From IMG/VR virus record IMGVR_UViG_3300022866_000322, positions 1 to 64,000 of that record: a stretch of 64,000 bases of DNA, one strand, 5' to 3'. Both the position numbers and the translations under genes were made by a program. Below the pieces are notes generated by a model. That model was not told the DNA's origin and made no database searches. It saw only the letters and a list, made by a program, of their open reading frames with translations. Positions within the stretch are counted from its first letter, which is position 1, and the number at the start of each line of letters is the position of its first letter. This document shows, in pieces, positions 38,317 through 48,450 of this stretch.

Positions 38317-38912
38317 AAAAACTTTTATTTTTAGTTTGTATTTTTACATTTCAAAGTGTTTATGCTGATTGCTACTTTAGACGAGAAGTACTAAGTGTTG
38401 GGGGCTTGCCTGTTGCAGACGAACGTGAATCAGCAGTACTACAAGGTAATGATGTATACGAATGCACCTATGCCTTTAAAGTTTTAGTAAATGGTGTGTG
38501 GACACAGGCAGAGCGTACTGGGATCCACGTTAACAAAACACATGCATGTTTAATAGCACGGGATCAGGCTAGAACGTTCGTACTTACAGCAGTACCAGAT
38601 GAGTACGAAGTTGATGTATTACAAAACACAGAAATGGTGTGTGACTCTCGCAAACAAGAACGCCAACTGTACGTGGACATTGGACAAGTGGTTAACTTGA
38701 GTGATTTAATAATTGACCCAAGATTTATTAAAAATGGGCAAATACAATTGATAACACCATATGATGCACCTCACATGAGTTGTGCTATATTTTTAGAAAA
38801 CGTAATACGCAAAGATGGTGTAGCAATACAAAACAAAGGTTATGCCTGTGCAACAGGTAATGCATGGACAGTTTGGAAGAAATGGGAAGCCGCAAGGATT
38901 GACAATTCATAA
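38313..38912 (+). CDS. Exported Cys-rich protein
   Basis: Signal peptide MKKLLFLVCIFTFQSVYA. Confidence 0.65.
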   Translation: MKKLLFLVCIFTFQSVYADCYFRREVLSVGGLPVADERESAVLQGNDVYECTYAFKVLVNGVWTQAERTGIHVNKTHACLIARDQARTFVLTAVPDEYEVDVLQNTEMVCDSRKQERQLYVDIGQVVNLSDLIIDPRFIKNGQIQLITPYDAPHMSCAIFLENVIRKDGVAIQNKGYACATGNAWTVWKKWEAARIDNS

Positions 38913-39062
38913 AGTTTAATGTATAGTAGGTATATCATGACAGGACAAACAAAATTTTTAATCGCCTTGGGACTACTTTTTATACTTGGTTACTACACAG
39001 TATCCAGTGAAGAAGTAAGACAAGAAGTTTTAACTGAAACTATCTCAATTGAGGAGTAGAAT

Positions 39063-39614
39063 ATGACTAGAGTAATTGCTTTAGGGCTATCTTTGTTGTT
39101 AGGTGCATGTGCTTCAACAAAAGACCCTATGATGGTAGAAATTGAAGAAGCAAAAGATCGGCGAGCTGATACCGTTGAAGCGGTACTAGACACACAGCCA
39201 GACTGGTACAAGAAAGGTTGTACGCAGATTAGCGAAATTGCATGTGCAATGGCTATAGGTGAAAGCACAAGCCTGCAAGCCAGCGAAGATATTGCAATGG
39301 AAATTGCCAAAGGCAAGATTTGTGATACAGCAGGTGGTACCGTGGATAAAGTGTCCAAAACCTATAGAACAATTGATGGTGGAGATGCTACAATAAACAG
39401 TAGAACCAGTATCAGGAGTGTGTGCGACAGTGTAGATGTGTCAGGAATACTTGTTGGTAACAAAGAAGTGTTTGCTCTAAACGACAAATACATGACCTAC
39501 ATTGAGCTTAAGATTCTACTAGAAGGTAACAGTTTTAGGGATCGTAAGCAACGAGCGCAGGTAGGAGCAAGTGCTGAAGCTAACGCTGATGCAATGTTAG
39601 AAGAACTAGAGTAA
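39063..39614 (+). CDS. LPP20-like lipoprotein
   Basis: Lipobox LGAC; PDWY; A.G.S...Q...D.A...AK. Confidence 0.7.
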   Translation: MTRVIALGLSLLLGACASTKDPMMVEIEEAKDRRADTVEAVLDTQPDWYKKGCTQISEIACAMAIGESTSLQASEDIAMEIAKGKICDTAGGTVDKVSKTYRTIDGGDATINSRTSIRSVCDSVDVSGILVGNKEVFALNDKYMTYIELKILLEGNSFRDRKQRAQVGASAEANADAMLEELE

Positions 39615-39632
39615 CTCAAGTTAATAATTTGG

Positions 39633-39666
39633 ACGCTCCTACGATGTTAAATACTTGTAGGAGCGT
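39633..39666 (+). promoter_or_regulatory. RBS-sequestering hairpin with TAAATA in loop
   Basis: Perfect 10-bp stem acgctcctac/gtaggagcgt; TAAATA 39648-39653. Confidence 0.75.
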
Positions 39667-39671
39667 TTTCA

Positions 39672-40157
39672 ATGAATATACTCAGATCAATAATGGAGCG
39701 TCCGCTTCCAAAGATTACTTTCCAAAAAAGGAAAATGTACCGACCTAGTATGGATGAAACAATATATACGTATAGATTGATCAACTACTATATATTTGAT
39801 AACGCACTAACAATGCCTGACATCACACTAGGACAACCACAAAAAACCTGGGCCTACTGTCTTTGGTATCACGAGTTACAGTCCAAAGGCACGTTTTGCA
39901 CAATACATCTCAATAAGAACTGGATTTGCAGGCAGTGGTTTGTGAACGTACTTGCACACGAAATGGTGCATCAGTGGCAATGGGACGTTTACCGTCCAAC
40001 AAAAAATCCAAACTATAACAAGTACACCCACGAAAGTTTAGCACATGGTCCTAGTTTCTTTTCGTGGAGAGATACGTTTGCAGAACACAGCATGTGTCTA
40101 AAGCGAACATTTGGTCAAAAACGTTGGTACAAACATCAGAATTTTAATAAGTGCTAA
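39672..40157 (+). CDS. SprT-like metalloprotease
   Basis: VLAHEMVHQWQ, HGPSF. Confidence 0.85.
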   Translation: MNILRSIMERPLPKITFQKRKMYRPSMDETIYTYRLINYYIFDNALTMPDITLGQPQKTWAYCLWYHELQSKGTFCTIHLNKNWICRQWFVNVLAHEMVHQWQWDVYRPTKNPNYNKYTHESLAHGPSFFSWRDTFAEHSMCLKRTFGQKRWYKHQNFNKC

Positions 40158-40173
40158 AGCGATAAATATCATA

Positions 40174-40560
40174 ATGCACATTAAAGATATCATAAACGAA
40201 AGTACACTATCCGATCACGAAGATGAACTACGAGACTTTGTAAAATGGACTTGTGATAAACTAAAGATCAAAAAAATGCCACGTCTAGAGTTTCAAGATT
40301 CAAAAGAATCAGGTGATCAAAAGAAAACAGCACACTTTGATATGCAGGACGGTATGATTTGGATATACACAGGTAATCGTAACCTTGCTGATATTATGCG
40401 CAGTGTTGCGCACGAACTAACACACTACAAGCAGGACGAAAAAGGACAGGTGTCTCCAGATCAGAGTTATCCAGGATCACCTATAGAACAGCAAGCAGAC
40501 GCAGTTGCTGGATACTTGATGAAACTATACTTAGACAAAGAGCCAGGAGCGTTAGAATGA
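40174..40560 (+). CDS. HExxH metallopeptidase-like protein
   Basis: TAAATA-N5-ATG; VAHELTHYKQ, E..ADA.AG. Confidence 0.75.
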   Translation: MHIKDIINESTLSDHEDELRDFVKWTCDKLKIKKMPRLEFQDSKESGDQKKTAHFDMQDGMIWIYTGNRNLADIMRSVAHELTHYKQDEKGQVSPDQSYPGSPIEQQADAVAGYLMKLYLDKEPGALE

Positions 40561-40874
40561 GAGCAAGCGAGCTGTACGAATCACAAAAACTAAGTTTAGA
40601 AGAACTTAAAGCCGCTATAGACAGTGGACAAGCACCCAAGGTACAGCCAGCTGGTTGGTCTGCTCGAATGAACAGCTTTGGTGAACTAGCTGAATTAGGC
40701 TACATGACTTCAGACGAAACACCAATGCGTGGTGGCAGGGACCGCAACGCCAATGACTGGGTGGTTACACAACAGTATGTAGGTCCTGGCCCAGTAACAC
40801 TGGTACGCAGTGACGGCACAGAGGAAGTTATAAACTCTGGATGGACAAATCAGGTAGAAGTAGATAGATCATGA
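40557..40874 (+). CDS. Hypothetical protein
   Basis: ATGA coupling. Confidence 0.6.
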   Translation: MRASELYESQKLSLEELKAAIDSGQAPKVQPAGWSARMNSFGELAELGYMTSDETPMRGGRDRNANDWVVTQQYVGPGPVTLVRSDGTEEVINSGWTNQVEVDRS

Positions 40875-41068
40875 GAGCCCGTGAATTTGTAATAGAAAAC
40901 TTTGCTGACGGTAAAGTAAAAGGCAAAAGCAGACCAGGCAGAGTTAAAAAGTCTGGTGCTAGTTGCAAAGGCTCAGTCACTAGTTTACGAGCAAAAGCCA
41001 AGAAGTATTCAGGCGAACGTGCCAAAATGTATCATTGGTGCGCCAATATGAAGTCCGGCCGCAAATAA
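40871..41068 (+). CDS. Small basic phage protein
   Basis: ENFADGK..., HWCANMK.GRK; ATGA coupling. Confidence 0.65.
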   Translation: MRAREFVIENFADGKVKGKSRPGRVKKSGASCKGSVTSLRAKAKKYSGERAKMYHWCANMKSGRK

Positions 41069-41079
41069 AACTCTTTATA

Positions 41080-41092
41080 AATCAATAACTTA
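41080..41092 (+). promoter_or_regulatory. IHF consensus site
   Basis: AATCAAtaacTTA upstream of promoter copy 3. Confidence 0.5.
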
Positions 41093-41111
41093 CACTCCAA
41101 TTAAAAAACGG

Positions 41112-41175
41112 TTGACCTGTTGTCCAAAATAGTCTATAATACGTAAGTATATTAACTAGTAACAAGGGCTAACAA
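41112..41175 (+). promoter_or_regulatory. Repeated early promoter/leader, copy 3
   Basis: TTGACC-17-TATAAT, acgtaagtatattaactagtaa. Confidence 0.85.
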
Positions 41176-41403
41176 ATGACACAGACACAACAAAAAACAT
41201 TTATAAATTACTGCTACGAGTTTTACGGTATCGGTGGTATTTACGATTTGGGTGTTACCATAGAGGACGTCGCAGATGCGGTTGCATTATATAAAGTTAA
41301 GTGTAATCGTTACCCAGAAATGTGGGGCGATGGTGATAGTGTAGACCGTGAAAGAGTTCGTGATATCCTGGTTGTGTTATTTCATAATAAGGAGTTTGCA
41401 TAA
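41176..41403 (+). CDS. Hypothetical early protein, paralogue of 5262..5492
   Basis: FINYCYEFYGIGGIYD, WGDGDSVDRERV. Confidence 0.75.
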   Translation: MTQTQQKTFINYCYEFYGIGGIYDLGVTIEDVADAVALYKVKCNRYPEMWGDGDSVDRERVRDILVVLFHNKEFA

Positions 41404-41404
41404 T

Positions 41405-41689
41405 ATGACACCATTTGCTAAAGAAGATTTTAACTGGGACGGTGACTATCTAACTTATTCCGGTGCCTATAACGGTTGCAAAATGATGATGCAAGTAAAT
41501 CCAAACGCACATCCTAGTTGGGAAGGTAAGAGATACCCAAAATTTGTTGCTAGGTTCAAAAACAACAAAGGTCAAAGGCGCCGCTTTCAAAAGTTCTTAA
41601 TTGAAAACTTTAGGTGTGAAGAATACTTCAAAGCCGCAGAAGCTACTTCACCTCTTCAAGCGTTAATGGCCAAAGGGTTTACTAGTTAG
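41405..41689 (+). CDS. Hypothetical protein
   Basis: ATG 41405 after AAGGAG. Confidence 0.65.
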   Translation: MTPFAKEDFNWDGDYLTYSGAYNGCKMMMQVNPNAHPSWEGKRYPKFVARFKNNKGQRRRFQKFLIENFRCEEYFKAAEATSPLQALMAKGFTS

Positions 41690-41722
41690 TTTCTGTAGTT
41701 TAATTTTAATAGGAGAGTAAAC

Positions 41723-41884
41723 ATGGGTTATTTTAGTGAACTTGAAACAGATGTACTTGACATGTATTGTGCTGAAGTTCCAGTTGAGCAAATTGCTGAA
41801 GAATTTGGTATCAGTACCGAGTTGGTAGAAAAGATCGGCCGCAAATGGGAAAAGGACAACGATAACGCTCTAGACTATGCATAA
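41723..41884 (+). CDS. Small HTH-like protein (53 aa)
   Basis: AGGAG RBS; VEQIAEEFGISTELVEKI. Confidence 0.6.
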   Translation: MGYFSELETDVLDMYCAEVPVEQIAEEFGISTELVEKIGRKWEKDNDNALDYA

Positions 41885-41892
41885 TATTTTGG

Positions 41893-41956
41893 TTGACCTT
41901 TACGTCAAAAGAGTCTATAATACGAAGTATATTAACTAGCAAGAGAGGCATACAAT
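41893..41956 (+). promoter_or_regulatory. Repeated early promoter/leader, copy 4
   Basis: TTGACC-17-TATAAT, acgaagtatattaactag. Confidence 0.8.
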
Positions 41957-42121
41957 ATGGAATACGACATAAACTTGGTAGAAGTACTTATGAGACCAAC
42001 CCAAGATTTAGAAGAAGCAGTTTGTAAAGTAATGAAGTATTTCAAGTGCGATGAGGATCAAGCAGTTAGTATGGTGAATGGAGTAATGGCACATTACGAT
42101 ATGGAGGCACAGAATGATTAA
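41957..42121 (+). CDS. Small hypothetical protein (54 aa)
   Basis: Behind promoter copy 4 with GAGG RBS. Confidence 0.55.
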   Translation: MEYDINLVEVLMRPTQDLEEAVCKVMKYFKCDEDQAVSMVNGVMAHYDMEAQND

Positions 42122-42242
42122 TTTTGTTGCAGGTATTGTAGTAGGTATCATTATTAGTAGTGTTGGGTTTACAGTTATTGCCGAAAAAGTTGACCAAGGC
42201 ATTGGTGTGGTCCAAGAGAGTGTTAAAAAAGCAGTAGAGTAA
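42114..42242 (+). CDS. Small membrane protein (42 aa)
   Basis: MINFVAGIVVGIIISSVGF; GGAGG RBS. Confidence 0.55.
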   Translation: MINFVAGIVVGIIISSVGFTVIAEKVDQGIGVVQESVKKAVE

Positions 42243-42328
42243 AAACGGTTGACATAAGAAGTAAATGGTAGTATAATCGAAGATGTATTATTTGTTTTTT
42301 AATTTTAATTTTTTAGGAGTTATTGACT

Positions 42329-42670
42329 ATGACTAATAAAACTTTCGCAGTAGCAGGTGTTTCTACGCTTAAAGGTGTTACTAAGGTACGTTTCGCAAAT
42401 GATATGACACGTGTTAAAATCCTTGTTAAGGATAGGCATGAGAATATCGATCTTGTTTCACTTACAGATGCGATGAGCAAAGGTGAAGCAGTAAAAGCTC
42501 TAATGGGTATGGACACAATGATGAGTGATCCGCTCAATGCAGAAGCAATCCGTGCCGCAGATGCCAAGTACAATGGCAGTGTTAAGGTTACTAAACAAGA
42601 AGTAAGTTTGGATAGCATTAAGGCACGTGTACTAGAAGGCAGTGTAGCAGTTGAATCTGAAATGGCTTAA
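42329..42670 (+). CDS. Conserved phage hypothetical protein
   Basis: F.VAGVS...G..KVRFAND; AGGAG RBS. Confidence 0.7.
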   Translation: MTNKTFAVAGVSTLKGVTKVRFANDMTRVKILVKDRHENIDLVSLTDAMSKGEAVKALMGMDTMMSDPLNAEAIRAADAKYNGSVKVTKQEVSLDSIKARVLEGSVAVESEMA

Positions 42671-42687
42671 TACACTACACACCTAGT

Positions 42688-42709
42688 AAAAGGGCCTCTG
42701 GGCCCTTTT
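42688..42709 (+). terminator. Intrinsic terminator
   Basis: aaaagggcc-tctg-ggccctttt. Confidence 0.75.
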
Positions 42710-42725
42710 CTAGTAAATACAAGTT

Positions 42726-42990
<265 letters not shown>

Positions 42991-43015
42991 GCAGGGCTTT
43001 CGGGCCCTGCTTTTT
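42991..43015 (+). terminator. Intrinsic terminator of tmRNA
   Basis: gcagggc-tttcgg-gccctgc-ttttt. Confidence 0.85.
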
Positions 43016-43035
43016 CTTTAGTTCTAGGATTTAAA

Positions 43036-43512
43036 ATGGCTATAGCGATGCAATCATTACCATATGTTTATAAACTACCCGATGGTACATATATTCACGT
43101 TACTATGCGACAGTATGGCGGTATTGCGTTAAGTGGAGAAGCACTTGAGGACTTTAACAGTGACATGGCTAGATTAAACGTAGTAGAAAAGGCCCATTTA
43201 GGCAAATACCAAGTACAAAGAGAAACAATAGAAGGAACCGTTAACATAAACGGACAGTCTTACCCTAAAGTACCACTATTAAAATCTACGTATCCTAATG
43301 AATCAGAGTTGCCAGACTTCAGTGATGATTACTTTAGTATTATGTGGAAATGGGGTACTATAATGACACAAGACCCCAATATTAGGTACCATGCTCCAGG
43401 AGCATCAGGTAATAGTTACGTCAATGAAAAAGATCCCTGCATCAAAGAAGTTGGCACATATGGCGACAAGCATAAAATGTGTACATGGTCAACTATTACT
43501 AATGTACAGTAA
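43036..43512 (+). CDS. Hypothetical protein
   Basis: ORF. Confidence 0.55.
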   Translation: MAIAMQSLPYVYKLPDGTYIHVTMRQYGGIALSGEALEDFNSDMARLNVVEKAHLGKYQVQRETIEGTVNINGQSYPKVPLLKSTYPNESELPDFSDDYFSIMWKWGTIMTQDPNIRYHAPGASGNSYVNEKDPCIKEVGTYGDKHKMCTWSTITNVQ

Positions 43513-43555
43513 AAATAATAAATACGTTATATATATGCTTTAGGAGAGAAAACAA

Positions 43556-43930
43556 ATGGCTTACATATTCATAGCTAATGATTTAATATACACACATGAT
43601 GATGCTACTACTACACAGTTTGAATGTAGAGACTACGGTACGGTTAAAGGATTAACTGGCTCAGACTTATCTACAATGAACGCTAGATTCGGCGCTTATG
43701 ATACTGCAATGCAACCACTAATTGATGCAGGAACCTTAGTTGTTGAGGGTAGTCCAGCTGATTCAGCGGTGTTGTACAAAAAGTACACATTTACTACAGA
43801 CCCAGTACCAAGCGAAGATTGGTTTGCTGACATAGTAGCAAATGACGCAGATGCTCAGTCCGTTAATGACGAAATGCAGGCTGATGCTAACGTCACCTGG
43901 ACAACAAGATCTTGGACAGATAGAACTTAG
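43556..43930 (+). CDS. Hypothetical late protein
   Basis: TAAATA upstream, AGGAG RBS. Confidence 0.65.
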   Translation: MAYIFIANDLIYTHDDATTTQFECRDYGTVKGLTGSDLSTMNARFGAYDTAMQPLIDAGTLVVEGSPADSAVLYKKYTFTTDPVPSEDWFADIVANDADAQSVNDEMQADANVTWTTRSWTDRT

Positions 43931-44000
43931 TATCTTCAATCAATACTTATTGAGAACTGGGCTATAGAGATATAGCCTAGACTCTATACTCAACCATATT

Positions 44001-45206
44001 ATGAATAAAACTTTCTGTATCCTTCCTTGGACGCATTTCTTTCACGACGCTACCGGTAAAGTCTCGCCCTGTTGTAATGCTAATTGTAGCAGAACGGACG
44101 GCGATCAAACCTCTGATTACGGGAACATGCGAGATTATGATACTCACATGGACATAATGAATCAGGACAACTTTAATACGTTACGACTTAATATGTTGGA
44201 AGGTAAAGAGACTACTGAATGCCAGCCCTGTTACGACATAGAAAAGCATGGTGGAAAAAGTTTTAGACAAAGCAAGAACACAATGTTGGATCAAATGATC
44301 ACCATGGACGAGATTGAAGAAATGACCAATCCAGATGGTAGTCTCAAAGACTTTAACATGCGATATTGGGACATTAGGTTTAGCAACGTATGTAATCTAA
44401 GTTGTCGTATGTGTGGTCCAGAATACAGCCATACCTGGGCAAAAGAAGTTGATAAACGATTCAATGGTAAACACATAGTCAAAGCACACGAGTCAGAAGA
44501 ATGGTCCGACATGATCAGTAAGTATGGCCCATTGGATGAGTTATATGACATATACTTTGCTGGTGGTGAAGTTATGTTCCAGAAAGAACACTGGCAGATG
44601 CTGGATCACCTAATAGACATTGGTAAAACAGATGTTATGGTGATGTATGTTACCAATTTAACCAAGTTGGATTACGATGGATACAAGTTACTAGACTACG
44701 TACCCAAGTTCCGCGACGTGACATTTACTGTTAGTATGGACGGCACAGGCGACCTATTGGAGTATATTAGGTGGGGTAGCAAATGGGACCAGATAGTTAA
44801 GAATCTAGATACTGTTAACAATTTGCCTAACGTACACTTGCGAGTAAATCATGTTACCATGTGGTACAATGTTCTTGCATTACCTAAAACGTTAGACTTT
44901 TTGTATGGTAACGGTTATCTCAAAGAACCGTACCAATTGGATCTATGCATTGCACAAGAACCTGAGAATCATGTGGGTGCTCTACCTGAGGATCTCAAAT
45001 TAGTAGCAATAGACAAAATAAAGCATAGCACGTACTATGTCAATGGATTGTTAAAAGACAAACTAGATGCAATATGCAATGCAATGATGACTGTGGAATA
45101 TCCTTTACCAATCGAACATACCGAGACCTTAGACACACGTCGCGGTTGTAATATCGTAGACGTTCTGCCAGAGATTGAACCTTATTACTTAATTGGTGAA
45201 AATTAA
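44001..45206 (+). CDS. Radical SAM enzyme with N-terminal twitch/SPASM-like cysteines
   Basis: FCILPW, PCC, CQPC, CNLSCRMC, AGGE, TNLT. Confidence 0.92.
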   Translation: MNKTFCILPWTHFFHDATGKVSPCCNANCSRTDGDQTSDYGNMRDYDTHMDIMNQDNFNTLRLNMLEGKETTECQPCYDIEKHGGKSFRQSKNTMLDQMITMDEIEEMTNPDGSLKDFNMRYWDIRFSNVCNLSCRMCGPEYSHTWAKEVDKRFNGKHIVKAHESEEWSDMISKYGPLDELYDIYFAGGEVMFQKEHWQMLDHLIDIGKTDVMVMYVTNLTKLDYDGYKLLDYVPKFRDVTFTVSMDGTGDLLEYIRWGSKWDQIVKNLDTVNNLPNVHLRVNHVTMWYNVLALPKTLDFLYGNGYLKEPYQLDLCIAQEPENHVGALPEDLKLVAIDKIKHSTYYVNGLLKDKLDAICNAMMTVEYPLPIEHTETLDTRRGCNIVDVLPEIEPYYLIGEN

Positions 45207-45256
45207 ATTGACACAAGGGTAGTAATACCATATAGTATATACTCAAAGGAGGTGTT

Positions 45257-45505
45257 ATGTTATATGAACTTATTCTAGTAACCAACCTAGGTATCAACCC
45301 TGTGGCCGTTTACGACAACGAATACGAGTGCATGATGGGAGCAGAAGATTGGAAAGAACAAAACATAGCGGCAGGATGCGTACCTAAAATATCCCCAGAA
45401 GATGCATTTGAAAGACTGTTAAATATTATGAACGAGTTCGATCAAATAATCAATGATGGCTCTGCGCAGGGTATAATAAACGAATTACCGGAACAAGTCG
45501 AATAA
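45257..45505 (+). CDS. Hypothetical protein
   Basis: AGGAGG RBS. Confidence 0.6.
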   Translation: MLYELILVTNLGINPVAVYDNEYECMMGAEDWKEQNIAAGCVPKISPEDAFERLLNIMNEFDQIINDGSAQGIINELPEQVE

Positions 45506-45516
45506 AGGACATTCAA

Positions 45517-45735
45517 ATGGGCATGGGTATTACTATACAAACACTAGACAGAATTAAACAGTCAGATCCAGATAAGCATGATCTATTACATAAATTATGG
45601 CAAAACAGTTTTGGTGAAGGAGCCACAATTGGATTTGTAGAAGCACAATGTGACGCCGCTGGTCTCAACAACACAGGCAACGAAGATATTGACTTTGTTA
45701 TATCTGCTATTAAGCTCAACATCAGTAACCAGTAA
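45517..45735 (+). CDS. Hypothetical protein
   Basis: ORF with AAGGA RBS. Confidence 0.5.
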   Translation: MGMGITIQTLDRIKQSDPDKHDLLHKLWQNSFGEGATIGFVEAQCDAAGLNNTGNEDIDFVISAIKLNISNQ

Positions 45736-45738
45736 AAT

Positions 45739-46488
45739 GTGAAAAACAATATTGAACTGGTAATAAGCCATTACGAAGGTTCTGGCGGAAACTTTTTAGG
45801 CAGACTGTATGCCGGCAAAAATCTAGACTCACAACCAGACTTTCGTGTTGACACGAATCGTGACCCTTACTCTCTGCCTATTAACGGTAGGGACAATTGG
45901 TATGAAGAACTAGAACAGGATCTAGTAGATCACACAGTGCTGATAACGCACAACTACGATCGTGAACTTATAACGAACACCTTTCCCACTGCTAAACTAA
46001 TACAACTATACCCTTGTAGACAAGTTGGCAACTGTCTGTATAATATATCCTATAAAAAACTATCTTTAAGCATGTCTAACGCAGTAGATAACCATTATAT
46101 ACAGATCCAAGATTGGTATGAACACTACACCAAGCATACGCCAGAATACCCTTGTGTTGACCCTGTAGACCTGTCTAATAAGCCGTTTGTTGAGCAGTTA
46201 TTAGGCGTTCAGTTTACTGTAGAACAAGATAGATACTTTAACAAATACTGGAGTAATCAACTCAAGTATCGGTTGTCTATCCCCACTAAACCCTTGTCAA
46301 TGCTAGATTTGGTTAATCTTTGGGCTATTCAGAACTGGTGTACAGAATGGTCAGTAGCATTCCTACTGTATGTGTACGAGCTAACACATGATCTGTTTGA
46401 TCGTAGGAAATGGAGCATAGATCAACAGGACCTTACTAGTTGGGATAGCGTGTATCTCCTTGAAAAACAATACAATTTTATTGGTTGA
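45739..46488 (+). CDS. Hypothetical, weak sulfotransferase/P-loop-like N-terminus
   Basis: ISHYEGSGGNFL. Confidence 0.5.
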   Translation: MKNNIELVISHYEGSGGNFLGRLYAGKNLDSQPDFRVDTNRDPYSLPINGRDNWYEELEQDLVDHTVLITHNYDRELITNTFPTAKLIQLYPCRQVGNCLYNISYKKLSLSMSNAVDNHYIQIQDWYEHYTKHTPEYPCVDPVDLSNKPFVEQLLGVQFTVEQDRYFNKYWSNQLKYRLSIPTKPLSMLDLVNLWAIQNWCTEWSVAFLLYVYELTHDLFDRRKWSIDQQDLTSWDSVYLLEKQYNFIG

Positions 46489-46548
46489 CCATCTGCCCAA
46501 AAGGCTCTATAATACGTAAGTATATTAACTAGTAAGGAGCTAAACAAG
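46485..46548 (+). promoter_or_regulatory. Repeated early promoter/leader, copy 5
   Basis: TTGACC-17-TATAAT, acgtaagtatattaactagtaaggagctaaacaag. Confidence 0.88.
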
Positions 46549-46899
46549 ATGACTGCAACGATCGAAACATACAATGTAGAGCTGGTGCACCAAGAAGCCC
46601 TGCAAGCGGCTAACACGGCGGCTCAGGAGTTTGCTAACAGTCACTTTAACGGTGACGACGGTGGGGCTTGTGGCTTCAGCTGGGTTGATGTCTACGGCGT
46701 ACGTAGCAACAGCAAGCTGGGCAAGGCCCTGCAGACAGTGGGCTTCCGTAAGAGCTACTCAGGCTCCTTGCAACTGTGGAACAAGTGGTACATGGGCCAG
46801 AGCGTTGATGCTAGCGGAGCAGGTGCAGACGCATACGCTACCTTATTAAAAGACAAGCTGGGCTTGGACAAGTGCTACGCAGGAAGCAGGTTAGATTAA
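46549..46899 (+). CDS. Conserved phage early protein
   Basis: ACGFSWV, QS......A.AYA..L, SRLD. Confidence 0.75.
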   Translation: MTATIETYNVELVHQEALQAANTAAQEFANSHFNGDDGGACGFSWVDVYGVRSNSKLGKALQTVGFRKSYSGSLQLWNKWYMGQSVDASGAGADAYATLLKDKLGLDKCYAGSRLD

Positions 46900-46904
46900 A
46901 TTGA

Positions 46905-46963
46905 TTGACAGTTTGTCCGAAAACCTCTATAATACGTAGTATATTAACTAGTAAGGAGCTGGT
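46905..46963 (+). promoter_or_regulatory. Repeated early promoter/leader, copy 6
   Basis: TTGACA-17-TATAAT, acgtagtatattaactagtaaggagct. Confidence 0.88.
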
Positions 46964-48097
46964 ATGGCACAATTTGTTTTAGAATACAAAGATATAACTC
47001 GAAAGCCTAACCCTATGCGGATTCTAAATCCGTTAGCAAAGGCTAGCAACGAAGTGGTAGATCTACTTGATAGGGTTGAAACACTAGAGCGCAGTAATGC
47101 TTGGAAAAAATTAATTAAACAGTGGCAAGAACAAGATAAGATGCTGGATCCAAATCTGCTTCCTAAGGTGGCTAGAATGGGGTTAGGCAAACTGGACATT
47201 GCTAACGATATTCAACGACAACTAGACGCTAAACATTGTGCTAAGACTATTGCTGATCCTGCAAGATTTATGGAGCAGTTGGTGCAGGCACTAAATTGTG
47301 TTGTTACTAGCGACGGTAAATGGTTGAGTATAGATGGACAGCACACTGCTACAGTACTTGCATCTTTAATCAGAGCAGGACTTGTAAAAGGAGTTGATGC
47401 AGATAACTGGCGTGACTTTGAAGTTAATGTACTCTACGTAGAAACAGATGATTTGGCTTTTGCAAGAAAGGCGTTTGGTATTCTTAACGGTAAAGGTAAG
47501 AAGCGACAAAGTGCGTACAGTGATTTGCGCACAAGCGTTTATGTAGTTCGTATTGACAAGAACACAGACGACGAAGAGGATGTTGCTATAGAACGTAAGG
47601 TAGCTATTGCAGAAAAGTATGATTGCTATCCTGTTGAAGAAAAGAGTGCCTTAAACAAACATCCAGGCACGTTTACTAACGTGGGTATCTTTAAAGCAAG
47701 AAGCGATAAAGTCATCGAAGAAGCGTGTAAATGGCATAACACATACTTTCATCAAGACAATATACACGTATCATTGTTCTTTATGCTTGATGAACTTGCA
47801 AAAAATAAAGCAAAACTTACGGATAAGTTTTTGCGTGAGATTGCGGGTTTAATACAAAATATATTTGTTGACTTGGACGGTTATGCAGGAGCAGTTCATA
47901 AAGCATTCAAACTGTTCACTGAAAAGCAGTACGGTGAAGCTATGCCGTGGCGAGACGATGCGTATATCATTGGACTGTTACAGTTATACAAAGAACTAGG
48001 TGGCACTGAACGGGTTCCGCAGTTGTTGTTAGACACATATAGCGATTTACATCTTTACTTTGGTGATGAGATCGTTGAATACGCAAAGGCGGCGTAA
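46964..48097 (+). CDS. ParB/Srx-superfamily (DGQH-type) protein
   Basis: IQRQL and IDGQHT motifs; F..LN. Confidence 0.65.
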   Translation: MAQFVLEYKDITRKPNPMRILNPLAKASNEVVDLLDRVETLERSNAWKKLIKQWQEQDKMLDPNLLPKVARMGLGKLDIANDIQRQLDAKHCAKTIADPARFMEQLVQALNCVVTSDGKWLSIDGQHTATVLASLIRAGLVKGVDADNWRDFEVNVLYVETDDLAFARKAFGILNGKGKKRQSAYSDLRTSVYVVRIDKNTDDEEDVAIERKVAIAEKYDCYPVEEKSALNKHPGTFTNVGIFKARSDKVIEEACKWHNTYFHQDNIHVSLFFMLDELAKNKAKLTDKFLREIAGLIQNIFVDLDGYAGAVHKAFKLFTEKQYGEAMPWRDDAYIIGLLQLYKELGGTERVPQLLLDTYSDLHLYFGDEIVEYAKAA

Positions 48098-48450
48098 TGA
48101 CTAACTACTACTTCTACATTGTACAGAACTTACGTGGTAGGCTTGGCTTTGGTATTGCTAAGGACTATGTTGAACGCAATAAACAGTATAGTGCGCATAG
48201 TGGTGATTTAATAGCGTTCCCTTTGCTGTATGCTGGTCCCGAGATGAAGTGTAAAGCACTAGAACGTCAGTTTAAGAAATATACTATAGACGATATTTGG
48301 CTTGTGGATGAGTGGCGTACAGAATGGTGGAACGATTACGTCACATTGGACGATGTTAAGAACATGGTTGCTGATGCTATAGAACGTAAGCGATTACTAG
48401 AAGTAAAGTTGTTCACAACAGATTATAACTTTGAACAAGGATATTTGTAA
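48097..48450 (+). CDS. Possible GIY-YIG/T5orf172-like nuclease
   Basis: YFYIV......GFGI.....R..QY...LE; TAATG coupling. Confidence 0.5.
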   Translation: MTNYYFYIVQNLRGRLGFGIAKDYVERNKQYSAHSGDLIAFPLLYAGPEMKCKALERQFKKYTIDDIWLVDEWRTEWWNDYVTLDDVKNMVADAIERKRLLEVKLFTTDYNFEQGYL

